Below, piece by piece: positions 1-11,798 of a stretch of DNA of 64,000 nt. Position 1 is the first letter of the stretch, and the number at the start of each line of letters is the position of its first letter. Origin of the DNA: Phaeosaccion multiseriatum (taxonomy: Eukaryota > Protista > Ochrophyta, other classes); contig OZ218958.1 of assembly GCA_965112735.1 (NCBI GenBank), forward strand, positions 3,100,001-3,164,000, given 5' to 3'. The notes below the pieces were generated by a model. That model made no database searches and was not told where the DNA came from. It saw nothing but the letters and a program-made list of their open reading frames with translations. The position numbers and the translations under genes were made by a program.

Positions 1-112
1 TGCGCTCTGGCAAGTTCCCCCCCGCTCCATCGGTCTTTTGATGACTTTGACTTTCTTCCATGACGCCGTCCCCCTCCTTCTTTTCACCTCCCTTCGACGT
101 GGTGCCCCCCAT
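1..112 (-). CDS. 5' end of an upstream paralog of the FNIP-repeat gene (truncated by the window edge)
   Basis: Bases 1-160 align with 6497-6650, the start of the 4704..6602 FNIP gene; the matching ATG is CAT at 110-112. Confidence 0.7.
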   Translation of the reverse strand, partial: MGGTTSKGGEKKEGDGVMEESQSHQKTDGAGGNLPER

Positions 113-331
113 TGTACTCTCCCTCCTTCCCCCTTCCCAGCGTCACTGTGATACACGTGGGGGGGGGGGGGGAGACCGACTGATCGGGAATCGGGGGGGG
201 ACGGACGATCCGATCCATCCAAGGACCTGACTTGACGTGTTGGTGCTAGATTCGTTGAGGGCTCACAGCTCCGAGGAGGGCTGGAAGCAGGGGGGTGGGC
301 AACAATCGGCCTGTTTTCTTACGATTCCAAC

Positions 332-1816
332 ATGGAGGACATACATGCAAGTATTGCAGCAGTGAGCAGGAAGGAGGAGGTAGTGGAGCAGGCGTTGAGC
401 GCGCACGGCAGCTACCTGGGGCTGAGCTTGGGAGGAGCAGCACCAGCAGCGGATGGTGAGAGGGAGGGGGTGAGGAAGGAGCTGTTGATGCACCTCCAAG
501 CTTTGAGAGAGGAGAAGAAGCAGCTGAGAGAGGAGAAGGCGAAAGAGAGGGACGAGAAGGCGAAAGAGAAGGCTCACGAGAGGGACGAGAAGACGAAAGA
601 GAAGGCTCACGAGCGGGACGATAAGGTACGCGAGATGGAGAAGGAGGCAAAGTTATTGGACGAGAGGACAAAAGAGAGGGACATGGAGAGAGAGAAGGAA
701 CTGATCCTCCTCCGCCTCGAAGTACAACCCTCAGCAGCCCCCAGAGGCCGCAGCTCCCACAATCCGGACGCTGAGGTAGATGAGGGGAAGGCAGGGAGAG
801 ACAGGAAGGGGGGTAGAAAGCGGCGACGTTCGACCTCCGGAAGAAAGGGTGGAGATGGCGGACGTGCTGCCTCTCATCGACTTCGCCTTCCTGGCTCGGG
901 CGCCTGTGCCAGCGCCTTTGGTACGGAGGGGGTGTATGGAAAGGTGATGGAGCTCGTGGGAAAGGAGGAGTACGCTTTCGTGGCGACGGTGTGCAAGGAG
1001 TGGAGGGGGTACTACATTGTGGAACACGCAGCCACGACGAGCCAAAAGAGTGTGGTAGCGTCCATCGAGCGTGTCTACTGGGCCAGGAGGCACGGCTTCG
1101 AGCTTACAGTCGAAACGTTCAGGGCCGCTGCTCAGTATGGAGATGTGAGCATGTGCAAGGCCCTTCATCACATGGGCTGTCCCTGGAGTGAGGCGGTGTG
1201 CGAATCGGCATCGAGAAATGAGCGGCACAGCCTGCGTGTGCTCAAGTGGCTGCGCTCAGAGGACTCGGCTGACGCTAAGGAGGGGAAATGCCCGTGGAAT
1301 GTGGAGGTCTGCAATGTTGCTGCGGGGAGGGGGGACTTGCAACTGCTGGAGTGGCTTCTGTCGGATGACGTGAACGCCCCCTTTGATGAGTATGTGTGGC
1401 TCTGTGCTATTGAGTATGGGCACATCTCTACGCTGGCATGGCTGCTGAACAATCCCAAGGTCAGGGCTGAGCTGGACGAAGCGGGGGAGGGCAGTTTGTG
1501 GAGGAGGGGAGCTTGGACTGCTGCGTCTGACAGTCACCTGGACACTTTGCGGTGGCTGCATGCCAATGCGAGTGAGCTTTGTGATTGGGCCCCTGACGTA
1601 TGCCAATGTGCGGTTCAATACAGCAAGAGTCTAGAAATGCTGCAGTGGCTCCGCTCCGAAGAGGTGGGCTGTCCGTGGGACAAGCATGCGTGTCCAGAGA
1701 TCATCAAGACAATGCGCAGCACGCTTTGCCTTACTTGGGACATGGACGAGAACGTCTTTGAGGAGATTAAGCAGTGGGTGCATGCCAATAGGCACCCCTG
1801 CGACTGCGAGGACTGA
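332..1816 (+). CDS. Coiled-coil + F-box-like + divergent ankyrin-repeat protein (algal/giant-virus type), copy 1
   Basis: Intronless 494 aa. E/K/R coiled coil; F-box-like VMELVGKEEYAFVATVCKEWR; repeated AA..G.L..L.WL...GCPW units. Confidence 0.8.
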   Translation: MEDIHASIAAVSRKEEVVEQALSAHGSYLGLSLGGAAPAADGEREGVRKELLMHLQALREEKKQLREEKAKERDEKAKEKAHERDEKTKEKAHERDDKVREMEKEAKLLDERTKERDMEREKELILLRLEVQPSAAPRGRSSHNPDAEVDEGKAGRDRKGGRKRRRSTSGRKGGDGGRAASHRLRLPGSGACASAFGTEGVYGKVMELVGKEEYAFVATVCKEWRGYYIVEHAATTSQKSVVASIERVYWARRHGFELTVETFRAAAQYGDVSMCKALHHMGCPWSEAVCESASRNERHSLRVLKWLRSEDSADAKEGKCPWNVEVCNVAAGRGDLQLLEWLLSDDVNAPFDEYVWLCAIEYGHISTLAWLLNNPKVRAELDEAGEGSLWRRGAWTAASDSHLDTLRWLHANASELCDWAPDVCQCAVQYSKSLEMLQWLRSEEVGCPWDKHACPEIIKTMRSTLCLTWDMDENVFEEIKQWVHANRHPCDCED

Positions 1817-1849
1817 GGAGCCAGAAGCAGTGTATGTGTATGGCCTCTC

Positions 1850-2763
1850 ATGGTCGGAGAGCGAGGTGGAGGACTCAGCGGCGAACGTTCAATGTGGAGC
1901 AGTTGGTGCTATGTTTTCATGTCCGTACACAGCGCCAAATCGACTTCATTGTGGGGGAGAGGCGTGCATGGAGCTCCTGCAGCGGAAAGCTCGGGAGGGC
2001 CCCACTCATTGTACGGGAGCGGCTGGGACACCTCACAGAGAGCATGGATAGGCCCTTTCACGCCCCGAAGGGCGGCGGAGCGGAACCGCCCTCGACTGTT
2101 GGACGTGGTGCGGTCGTCGGACCAGCGCTTCCTCCACGCCTTGTACCTCGGCCTGAGGAACACCAAAGTGTCCAAGGACCTCGATGCCCCGGCAACCGTG
2201 GCGTGCAGGGGAGGCAGGCCGGGCAGGGGTCAGGCTTGCAGATGAAGCCTCCGAGGCGCTCTGGGCAGCGTGTGGGAGCACAGCGGCGGATGGTGAGGTC
2301 AGTAGGCTGGGGCAGAGGCAGACGCAGCTGACTACGCTGATACCCACGCTGCAGCTGCTGCTGGGAGGGGTGGACACTTCGGAGGGGGTAGAACGAATAC
2401 CAATGCCCAAGTTACCATCCGTCATCCCTTGTCTTCGGTGCAGAGAATGAGGAGGAGGGCGAGCAGGTAAAGGAGGGGGAATGAGAGCGAGCAGAGTTTG
2501 GTGTGTGTGTGTGCGTTGGGGGGGGGCGAGGTTGGAAGGAGTTGAGTAGGATCGGAGGGCGTGAACATGCTGGCCCTCCCTCCAGCTCCAGCTGCAGCCA
2601 GCTCACTCACTTCCTCACTCCCTCACTCCCCCCCCTGACCTTCTCAGGTGGCAGGAAGACGCCACCAAGCCCAACCGGGTGCGCGCCGAGATCAGGCCGA
2701 CGCAGGCAGGGGCGGACAAGACGCTCGCGGGACTCGAGCGGATCGAGAAGAAGGTGCGTGCGC

Positions 2764-2800
<37 letters not shown>

Positions 2801-4497
2801 CCCTTCTCTCTTGACGGCCATCGATGGTCGATGTTCTTCTGGTTTGCTCTCTGATGCTGTACGCCGGTCCTCGCCTATCCTCTGCCGTCCCCTCCCCCCG
2901 CTAAACTCCTCTCCTCCCTCCTTCTCTCCTCTCCCGTCCTCTCCTCCCCCGTCCTGTCCTCTCCTATCCTCTTCTTACCTGTCCTCTCCTCTCCTTTCTT
3001 CTCCTCTCTTCTCCTTTCCTCTCCTCTCTTCTCCTCTCCTCTCCTCTGTCTCCCCCTCCTCTCCCCTTCCGCCCCTCAGATGGCAGTTCAGACTACCACG
3101 ACTGCCGGCGTGTGCTGGAGTGCTTGCCATGCTCTCTCAACATCGCCGACGTGTGCGCTCAGCGGAGTCCACGCACAGCTCTTTACGGAGATCATCAACC
3201 AATACGTGTACTTCGACAAGCGGGAGATGCCCAAGGTACATACAGATAGGTGTGTGTGTGAGAGAGTGTGTATGTGTATGTGCGTGCGTGTGTGTGCAAG
3301 GAGCGGCGGCGGCGGGTGGCAGTGGATGGGGGGTTAGACTGAAAGCTGTAAAGCTCATTCATTCGTGCACTCTTTGTTGTGGCCCCTCAGAGTCGAGGCT
3401 CTCTCTCCAGGGGGGTACGTTACTTGACGGGTTGGTTGTGCATTGGCTGTGCGTCCATTTGTTTGGTCTTGTGTTTGGCTGTTGCCGCTCTTTCCCGCTC
3501 CCTCGCGGCAGGGAGAAAGGTGGAGAGAGCCTGGTGCAGAATTGACCGGATTTGAACCAGGTGGATGAGGGAGAGGGAATGATGGATGGGGGGAGGGGGT
3601 AGCAGCAGCAGTGGAAGAGGGACAGGTGAGGAAGCAGCACAGACACCAGCTGGGGTGGAGAAGACCAACGGAGAGGAGGAGGAGGAGGAGGAGGAGGGAG
3701 GAGAAGGAGATTGGAAGAATGTCAGTAGCGACGATAGTTGCACCAGTGGTGACAGTGGCTTCGAGGGCGGCTTGACGCTGGACAATGTTGTCGCCAACCC
3801 CTCCTTCTCCTCCTTCTCCTCCTCCATGAGCCAGCAGGAGCTGGAGTTGCTCAAGTCTCTCTCCGTGCTTGTGCTGCTGGAGAAGCTTGATCCTCGCCTC
3901 CAAGTGCTCCTGCACACCGACGTTGGGCTGGATTGGAGGACGTGGTTCAAACACGTGGCCCAGGGGGGCACGGCTCACTCGGCTCTGAGGGTGGGCTCTC
4001 ACCAACTGCTGGTGCTGCCCCGGGTCCAAGGGGAGGAGGTGGGGGCGGGCGGTCTGGCAGGGGCGGAGCACATGGGGCCATGGCGGCGGTTTGAAGGGGA
4101 GCATCCCGCGGCTTCGGGAGGGGACGATGGTGCCGGTGCACGTGGCCCTGATGCTGGTGCGGGCAATGGCGAGGCTGAGGGAGGCCCGGACGGGGACGGC
4201 GAGCAAGACGAGGACGATGCCGCCCCTATTCTGCTGCTGGTGACACTCCTCTCCGTCGCTCCGTCTGCTGCCACTGAGGGCACGGCTGCGGCAAACAGCC
4301 TCCAGCACAGTCAGCCCCGGCTCCAGCAGCGACAGTTGGTGGTACAGCAGCGGCGTCAAGCTTCGAGCGTGGAGATTGCCCTTGTGCTCAAGGAAGAGAG
4401 GGCGCGCCTCACGTGGCGGCAGCGGCAGGCGGTGGCAGCCTTCGTGGACTCTCTCTTGGCGTGGGCGAGTCGAGGCCTGGGCCTGCAGACACTCTGA
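1850..4497 (+). pseudogene. Degenerate multi-exon gene fragment, unknown function
   Basis: Plausible exons 2648-2753 and 3080-3235 (AG/GT bounded, polypyrimidine introns) plus coding-like segments 2050-2430 and 3586-4497, but the frames do not join cleanly. Confidence 0.3.
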
Positions 4498-4703
4498 GAG
4501 CAGGCAAGCAGTGAGGATGAGAGAGATAGTCCAAGAGGGCACTGGGTTGTCGCACCGCTGCCGAAGGGAGGAGTGGAGGGGGTGGGGGGGGGCGGGTAAG
4601 ATGGCAGGGCTCACTTTCGCCTCCGCTCCCGCGGACCCATGCGGTTGGTACACTGTCGAAATCTGCACGGGACATTCTAGTAGGCTTGAAAAGTAGTGAT
4701 TAA

Positions 4704-6602
4704 TCATTCAAAGTTATGGTGGTGTACCTGAAGCCCCTCGGGTAGATCTGCAGGCAGAGGGAACCCCATCCCCACGATAAGCATCTTCAGGCCAGCAGGT
4801 AGGCTCTCCAGAGGGCAGGAGTATTGAGGACTCAGTATAAGAGTCCGCAGAGAGGGAGGGAGGTCCAGGGGGAGGTTAAAGTTACGCCCCATTTCCACCT
4901 CCTCTACACCATTGGGAAGGACCACATGCTGATTGAAGCAGTCGCTAAAAGTGACCTTCTTCAGCGAGGAAGGGAGAACGATTGGCCTGTTGAACTCTGA
5001 GTCCTCTGAAAAGCCCAGCTCCTCCAGAGAGCTTGGTAGCACCAAATCAGCCTGATCGAAGAGGAATCCAAAAGTGACCTTCTTCAGTGAGGAAGGGAGA
5101 TCGATTGGCCTGTTGAAGTTTGAGCCCCTTGGAAACTTCAGCACCTCCAGAGAGCTTGGTAGCACCAAATCAGCCTGATTGAAGGCAAAACCAAAAGTGA
5201 CCTTCTTCAGCGAGGAAGGGAGAACGATTGGCATGTTGAACCTTGAATCCCATAAATCCAGCTCCTCCAGAGAGCTTGGTAGCACCAAATCAGCCTGATT
5301 GAAGGCAAAACCAAAAGTGACCTTCTTCAGCGAGGAAGGGAGAACGATTGGCCTGTTGAACCTTGAGTACTCCTCAAACACCAGCTCCTCCAGAGAGCTT
5401 GGTAACACCAAGTCAGCCTGATCGAAGCGATTTCCAAAAGTGACCTTCTTCAGCGAGGAAGGGAGATCGATTGGCCTGTTGAACTCTGAGCCCCATGAAA
5501 ACTCCAACTCCTCCAGAGAGCTTGGTAGCACCAAATCAGCCTGATCGAAGTGGTGTCCAAAAGTGACCTTCTTCAGCGAGGAAGGGAGAACGATTGGCAT
5601 GTTGAACCTTGAGTCCCATAAATCCAGCTCCTTCAGAGAGCTTGGTAGCACCAAATCAGCCTGATCGAAGTGTTGTCCAAAAGTGACCTTCTTCAGCGAG
5701 GAAGGGAGAACGATTGGCCTGTTGAGCACTGACATCCATGAAAACTCCAGCTCCTCCAAAGAGCTTGGTAGCACCAAATCAGCCTGATCGAAGCGTTTTC
5801 CAAAAGTGACCTTCTTCAGCGAGGAAGGGAGATCGATTGGCCTGTTGAACACGGAGAACACTGAAAACTCCAGCTCCTCCAGAGAGCTTGGTAGCACCAA
5901 ATCAGCCTGATTGAAGTGTTCTCCAAAATTCACCTTCTTCAGCGAGGAAGGGAGAACGATTGGCCTGTTGAACCTTGAGTCCCGTGCAAACTCCACCTCC
6001 TCCACGGCGCTCGGTACAACAACGCGGCACGCATCGAAGAACTCCGAAAACCCCACACGCTTGACCAAGAGTGGCAGCAGTGCCAACACTTTGACAGCAA
6101 GAGCCCCATCAGCAGGAGTCAGCTCGTCAGCGTCTTCACGTTGGATGCCGAGGCGCACCGCCTTGACGCGAAAGGAGCCGGCCATACCATGGTCCGGCTG
6201 CCTCGCCCTAATCCTCCCCGACCTTCGAAGCCCTTCCAGGGCATGTCTTCCCCGCATGGAGGCGGGAGGAGGAGAGGAAGCCGCAGCAAGGCGTTGAGAC
6301 TCCTCGCGCTCCCGCTGCTGCTGCTGCTTCAGCATGCTCAGCACACGCGACTGGATAGCTTGGGGCATGTCGGCGTTGATCACCAAAGCACGTGAGGTTG
6401 ACTTGTCGACCTCCTTGCATACGCCCCACAGAGCCTTGTTTGAAACACGGCCAGCAACCACCCTCAATGCCGCCGGCCCGCTGCTGCTGAGACTGGTGCG
6501 CTCTGGCAAATTTCCCCCCGCTCCTTCGGTCTCTTGACGACTTTCTTCCATCACGCCGTCCCCCCCCTTCGTTTTACCTCCCTTCGACGTGATGCCCTTC
6601 AT
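4704..6602 (-). CDS. FNIP-repeat (LRR-like) protein with weak N-terminal F-box-like motif
   Basis: Intronless 632 aa; about 8 double units FNRPIxLPSSLKKVTFGxx-FxQADLVLPSSLEELxFxxxS; upstream LWGVCKEV motif. Confidence 0.9.
   Translation of the reverse strand: MKGITSKGGKTKGGDGVMEESRQETEGAGGNLPERTSLSSSGPAALRVVAGRVSNKALWGVCKEVDKSTSRALVINADMPQAIQSRVLSMLKQQQQREREESQRLAAASSPPPASMRGRHALEGLRRSGRIRARQPDHGMAGSFRVKAVRLGIQREDADELTPADGALAVKVLALLPLLVKRVGFSEFFDACRVVVPSAVEEVEFARDSRFNRPIVLPSSLKKVNFGEHFNQADLVLPSSLEELEFSVFSVFNRPIDLPSSLKKVTFGKRFDQADLVLPSSLEELEFSWMSVLNRPIVLPSSLKKVTFGQHFDQADLVLPSSLKELDLWDSRFNMPIVLPSSLKKVTFGHHFDQADLVLPSSLEELEFSWGSEFNRPIDLPSSLKKVTFGNRFDQADLVLPSSLEELVFEEYSRFNRPIVLPSSLKKVTFGFAFNQADLVLPSSLEELDLWDSRFNMPIVLPSSLKKVTFGFAFNQADLVLPSSLEVLKFPRGSNFNRPIDLPSSLKKVTFGFLFDQADLVLPSSLEELGFSEDSEFNRPIVLPSSLKKVTFSDCFNQHVVLPNGVEEVEMGRNFNLPLDLPPSLRTLILSPQYSCPLESLPAGLKMLIVGMGFPLPADLPEGLQVHHHNFE
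4940..5975 (-). repeat. Coding minisatellite of 120/123-bp units (FNIP array)
   Basis: gagcttggtagcaccaaatcagcctgat and aaagtgaccttcttcagcgaggaagggaga recur every 120-123 bp. Confidence 0.95.
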
Positions 6603-6825
6603 TGTACTCCCTCTTCTTCCCCCTTTCCAGCGTCACTGCGATACGGGGGGGGGGGGGGGGTAGACCGACTGATCGGGAAGGGGGAAGGAAAGGACGATTG
6701 ACGATTGATCCGATCCAAGGGCCTGACTTGACGTGTTGGTGCTAGACTCGTTGAGGGCTCACAGCTCCGAGGGCTGGAAGGAAGGGGGGGGGAAACAATC
6801 AGGCCTTTTTTCTTACGATTCCAAC

Positions 6826-8331
6826 ATGGAGGACGTACATGCAAGTATCGCAGCAGTGAACAAGAAGGAGGAGGCAGTGGAGCAGGCGTTGAGCGCGCAG
6901 GGCAGCTACCTGGGGCTGAGCTTGGGAGGAGCAGCACCAGCAGCGGATGGTGAGAGGGAGGGTGTGAGGAAGGAGCTGCTAATGCACCTCCAAGCTTTGA
7001 GAGAGGAGAGCAAGCAACTGAGAGAGGAGAAGAGGAGAAGGCGCAAGAGAGGGATGAGAAGGTGAAGAAGAAGTCTCAGAAAAGGGACGAGAAGGCGAAA
7101 GAGAAGGCTCACGAGAGGGACGATGATGGACGATAAAGTACGCGAGATGGAGAAAGAGGCAAAGTTACTAGACGAGAAGACAAAAGAATGGGCCCTGGAG
7201 AGAGAGAAGGAGCTGATCCTCCTCCGCCTCGAAGTACAACCCTCAGCAGCGCCCAGAAGCCGCGGCCCCCACAATCCGGACGCTGAGGTAGAGGAGGGGA
7301 AGGCAGGGAGAGACAGGAGGGGGTGTAGCAAGCGGCGACGTTCGACCTCCGGAGGAGAGAGTGGAGATAGTGGACGCGCTGCCTCTCATCGACTTCCCCT
7401 TCCTGGCTCGGGCGCCTGTGCAAGCGCCTTTGGTATGGAGGAAGGGTATGCAAAGGTGGTGGAGCTCGTGGGAAAGGGGGAGTACGCTTTCGTGGCGACG
7501 GTGTGCAAGGAGTGGAGAGGCTACTACATTGTAGAGCACGCAGCCACGACGAGCCAAGCAAGTGTAGTTGCCTCCATCGATCGTGTGTACTGGGCCAGGA
7601 GGCACGACTACGAGCTTACAGTCGAAACGTTCAGGGCCGCTGCTCAGTATGGAGATGTGAGCATCTGCAAGGCCCTCCATCACATGGGCTGTCCCTGGAG
7701 CGAGAAGGTATGCAAATCGGCAGCTTTGAGCAAGCGGCACAGCCTGCGTATGCTCAAGTGGCTGCGCTCAGAGGACTCGGTTGACGCCAAGGAGGGGAAA
7801 TGCCCGTGGAATACGAGCGTCTGCCATGGTGCTGCGCAGAGGGGGGACTTGCAGCTGCTGGAGTGGCTTCTGTCGGATGCCGTGAATGCGCCCTTTGATC
7901 ACCTCGTGTGGCTCTGTGCTATTCATTATGGGCACATCTCTGCGCTGGTATGGCTGCTGAACAATCCCAAGGTCAGGGCTGAGCTGGAGCGAGCGGAGGA
8001 GGGCAGTTTGTGGAGGAGGGGAGCTTGGACTGCTGCGTCTGACAGTCACCTGGACACTTTGCGGTGGCTGCACGCCAATGCGAGTGAGCTTTGTGATTGG
8101 ACCCCTGACGTATGCCAATGTGCGGTTCAATACAGCAAGAGTCTAGAAATGCTGCAGTGGCTCCGCTCTGAAGAGGTGGGCTGTCCGTGGGACAAGCATG
8201 CGTGTCCAGAGATCATCAAGACAATGCACGGCACGCTTTGTCGAACTTGGGACATGGACGAGAACGACTTTGAGGAGATTAAGCAGTGGGTGCATGCCAA
8301 TGGGCACCCCTGCTACTGTCCTCTGCTCTGA
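6826..8331 (+). pseudogene. Ankyrin-like gene copy 2, interrupted by an in-frame TGA (7063-7065); may express a 402-aa product from ATG 7123
   Basis: Paralog of 332..1816. ATG 6826 and ORF 7123 share a frame. An 8-nt and a 10-nt insertion shift and then restore the frame, leaving one TGA between them. Confidence 0.7.
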
Positions 8332-8779
8332 GAGAAATACACTCTTGCACACATTCGCTGACTTCTCTTGCTCTTCTTAAGGTTGGGTATTTTGTATTTC
8401 CCCTTCCCCCTTCACTGAGCCGTGTGGACTGGGCTGGATCCCTCTGGAGCACGACGTCTTTTTGCTCTTTAAACAAAAGCACTCAAGTTGTAATAAGACT
8501 GAGGGTCAATAGCAAGTAGTAAGGAAGGAATAATAGAAATCGAATTCTGCATCAATCTTGAAGGCTCTCTCTCTCTCTCTCTCTCTCTCTCAATCATCCA
8601 TCGTCCATCCGAGGGGCGGCAAGCATACAATCCTCCCCACCAACACCACGGAAGGAAGGAAGGAAGGAAGGCGTCTGTCTGCACGTTGCATATGGGCTCA
8701 TCGTACCGCATCTGCCGCCTTCTCAATAAAAGAATAGCGTGCGTGCGTGCGTGCGTGCGTGCGTGGAGTGTTGGTTCTT

Positions 8780-11417
8780 TTACTTGCGCACATTTGTGTC
8801 CGAAAGGCCCATCTCCATGATACAGTCAAGTGTGAGCTGAATCTTTGCGTCCAGAGACATGCTCTCCTCCAATGCGCCACACGCAAGCCTGGGAATGGTG
8901 GGGTAGGGCACCGTACATTGGAGGGAGGGAGGGAGGGAGGGAGGGAGGCAGGGAGGGGGGGGGGAGGGGAGGGAGGGAAGGAGGGAGGGAAGGAGAGAGG
9001 GAAGGAGAGAGGAAGTCGTGGGCATCGTAGTAAGCAGAAGACGAGCAGCAAGGAGACGAAGGTGAGAACCGGGGCCAAAGTGCTCAAAAGCTTAGCGAAC
9101 AGCACCCATGCCCCCCCTTTCACCCACTTTCTCCCTCTATCCGCTCTACTCACTCACACCCTTCCTTCCTCCCTCCCTCCCCCCCTCCCTCCCTCCCTCC
9201 CTCCCTCCCTCCCTCCCTCCCTCCCTCCCTCCCTCCCTCCCTCCCTCCCTCCCTCCCTCCCTCCCTCCCTCCCTCCCTCCCTCCCTCCCTCCCTCCCTCC
9301 CTCCCTCCTTCCTCCCTCCCTCCCTCTCTCCCTCCCTCCCTCTCGCCCTCCCTCCACTCCCAATCACCCACTTACTTGGCGCATGCATGGAGGAACTCTG
9401 CGTACACAAGCTCAGACAGCATGTTCTTGGGGGTGGGGTGCATTTGCGCTCCTTCGAAGGCCTGACCACCCATCGGAGAAGGACGAGGGCCGACAGCCCA
9501 CCAGCGGAGGAGAGAGAGGACAGCCCACCGGGGGAGACCAAGAGGCCAGACACGAGCAGGGGCAGGGTGGGGGGGAAGACAGAGGCAGAGGGGGTATGTC
9601 TGAGTTTAGTACACGGACTGCCTTGATGTGTTCCCCAGCCCACCCCCCAACCAACCCCACCCAATCAATCAGTATGGATGCCCGACATTGGCACACATAT
9701 TGAAATCAAGGAGGCCCTCACACCTTTCTCTCCTCTCCTCTCCTTACATCTTCCTCTCCTCTCTTCTCTTCCCCCCTCCCTTTACACCTCTCTCTCCTCT
9801 CCTCACATCTCTCTCACCTGGTCCGACAGCATCTCGAACTTCTTCCTCCCGCTTGCCGTGGCAGAGAGACTGCCCATCACGCTGCACTCCTGCACATGTC
9901 GAACACATCGATCGCACATGTCGAACACATCGCTTCATACGGTCAGTCGAATAAACAAACAGAAATTGAAACTGAAACGGGACTGAAACTAAAACTGGAA
10001 CTGGACCTGACGGACTGACTGACTGACCTGCATCAGAAGTGTGAAGGGCGACAGCTCAATGGTGGGACCATCTACGGCCGGCCTACCCAGCTTCACCGCC
10101 GACTGCCTCTCTGCCTCCTCTTGCGCGTCGTGTGCCCTCCCACCTCCCCCCCCCCCCTCGTCGTCGTCTTCCTCTTCTTCGTCGTCGTCATCCCCTCCTC
10201 CTCTTCCTCCTCCTCCTCCTCCTCCTCCTCCAGTGTGGTTGCTCGCGCGTCTGTTGCGGTTTTTTCTGGAGCGCGTGAGACTGGAGAAGAGTCCCCCCCC
10301 ACCCGCTCCCGCTTGGCTCAGGTCAATGTCCGCAAACATGAGAAACACTCCATGAAGGAGCGATCGATTCCGCTGTAGTACCTCCCTCATGGCCTTTGTG
10401 TGTTAGTAGTTGGTTTGTTTGTTCCGTTCAAGTTCAGAGCAAAGGGAGGCAGGGGGCGCGGGTGAGCGTCGGGACGGACGAAATGGAGCACTATCGGGGC
10501 TTCCACAGAAACCACCCAAAGCAGTTGCGGGTATTGATGTTTCTGCTGCTATTGTTTGGGTCAAGGGCGTGGCAGCTCGGCAACCTGCCAAACACTCTTC
10601 TGCAAAGACAAACTGCCATGGAGCTTTGACGCAAGCATTGACTGGATACGCACGCACACACAAACCCACACAAACAAACAAACACACATTCTTCCACTCT
10701 CCCTCTCTCTTCCTCTCTCGCTCTCGCTCTCTCTCTCTCCATCTCTACTACCTACAACTATTACGTCCCAAAGCCCAAAGGCCCAAACATGCACGTACCG
10801 GCTCACGAAGCTTCCTCATTACCTCGTCCTCACTCCCCTCCTCATACACCTGCGCCACTTGCTGCAGCACCTGTTGCAGTAAGTCAACCAGTCAGTCATA
10901 AGTCAGTGAGTAAGTCCTAGCGAGGGCTCCGACGGCGGGCACGGCTTGGTGAGCAAGCAGGTAACACAAGGGAACAACCAACCGTTCAAGGAACACTTCT
11001 TGGCTCTCAATCAACGCTTTGCTTTTGCTTGCTTTAGAAGTAAGTTCAAGACGGACGTAACAATCACACGTGGCAAGCAATTCAATTGGACTGGACTTTA
11101 CAGTGACGTGACACGATGTAAGAAGACGTCCTTTCGCTTTTCTGACACCTGTCCACTGAAATCTCACGTAGGGTAGGTGTCAGTCCAGCGAAAGGACGTC
11201 TTCTTACAAGCGTGTCAGTAACGTCGGTCCTCCCCCAACATGGCGCGGAGTACTACACAATTTCGGCTTAAAGCGTATCCAGTTTTCGCCCACGGACAAA
11301 CAATCTCAATACCGCCGTACACCACAACCGAACTCCGTCACAAACACACACACGCACAGAGAGAGAGAGAGAGACACACACGACACACCACACACACTCA
11401 CACACACGCACCCACAT

Positions 11418-11448
<31 letters not shown>

Positions 11449-11654
11449 GACACACACACGCACAGGCACAGACACAGACACACACACACACACAGAGAGA
11501 GAGACACACACACACACACAGAGAGAGAGACACACACACACACGCAGACACACACACACACACAGACACACACACACACACAGACACACACACACACACA
11601 CACACACAGACACACACACACACAGACACACACACACACACACAGACACAGACA

Positions 11655-11686
<32 letters not shown>

Positions 11687-11767
11687 CACACACACACGCA
11701 GACACACACACACACACACACAGACACACACACACACACACACACACAGACACACACACACACACAG

Positions 11768-11798
<31 letters not shown>

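Larger units (their letters stand above)
1..8331. repeat. Tandem segmental duplication: 1..~1805 matches ~6497..~8318 (FNIP 5' end, divergent spacer, ankyrin-like gene)
   Basis: Long collinear near-identity by direct comparison, e.g. gattccaacatggaggac at ~323 and ~6817; similarity ends just after ggcacccctgc near each stop codon. Confidence 0.93.

Noticed and set aside
4940-5975. Constant repeats with variable spacers resembling a CRISPR array
   Set aside because: Units are in-frame 120/123-bp coding repeats of an FNIP protein, the variable parts are short, and there are no cas genes in this eukaryotic context.
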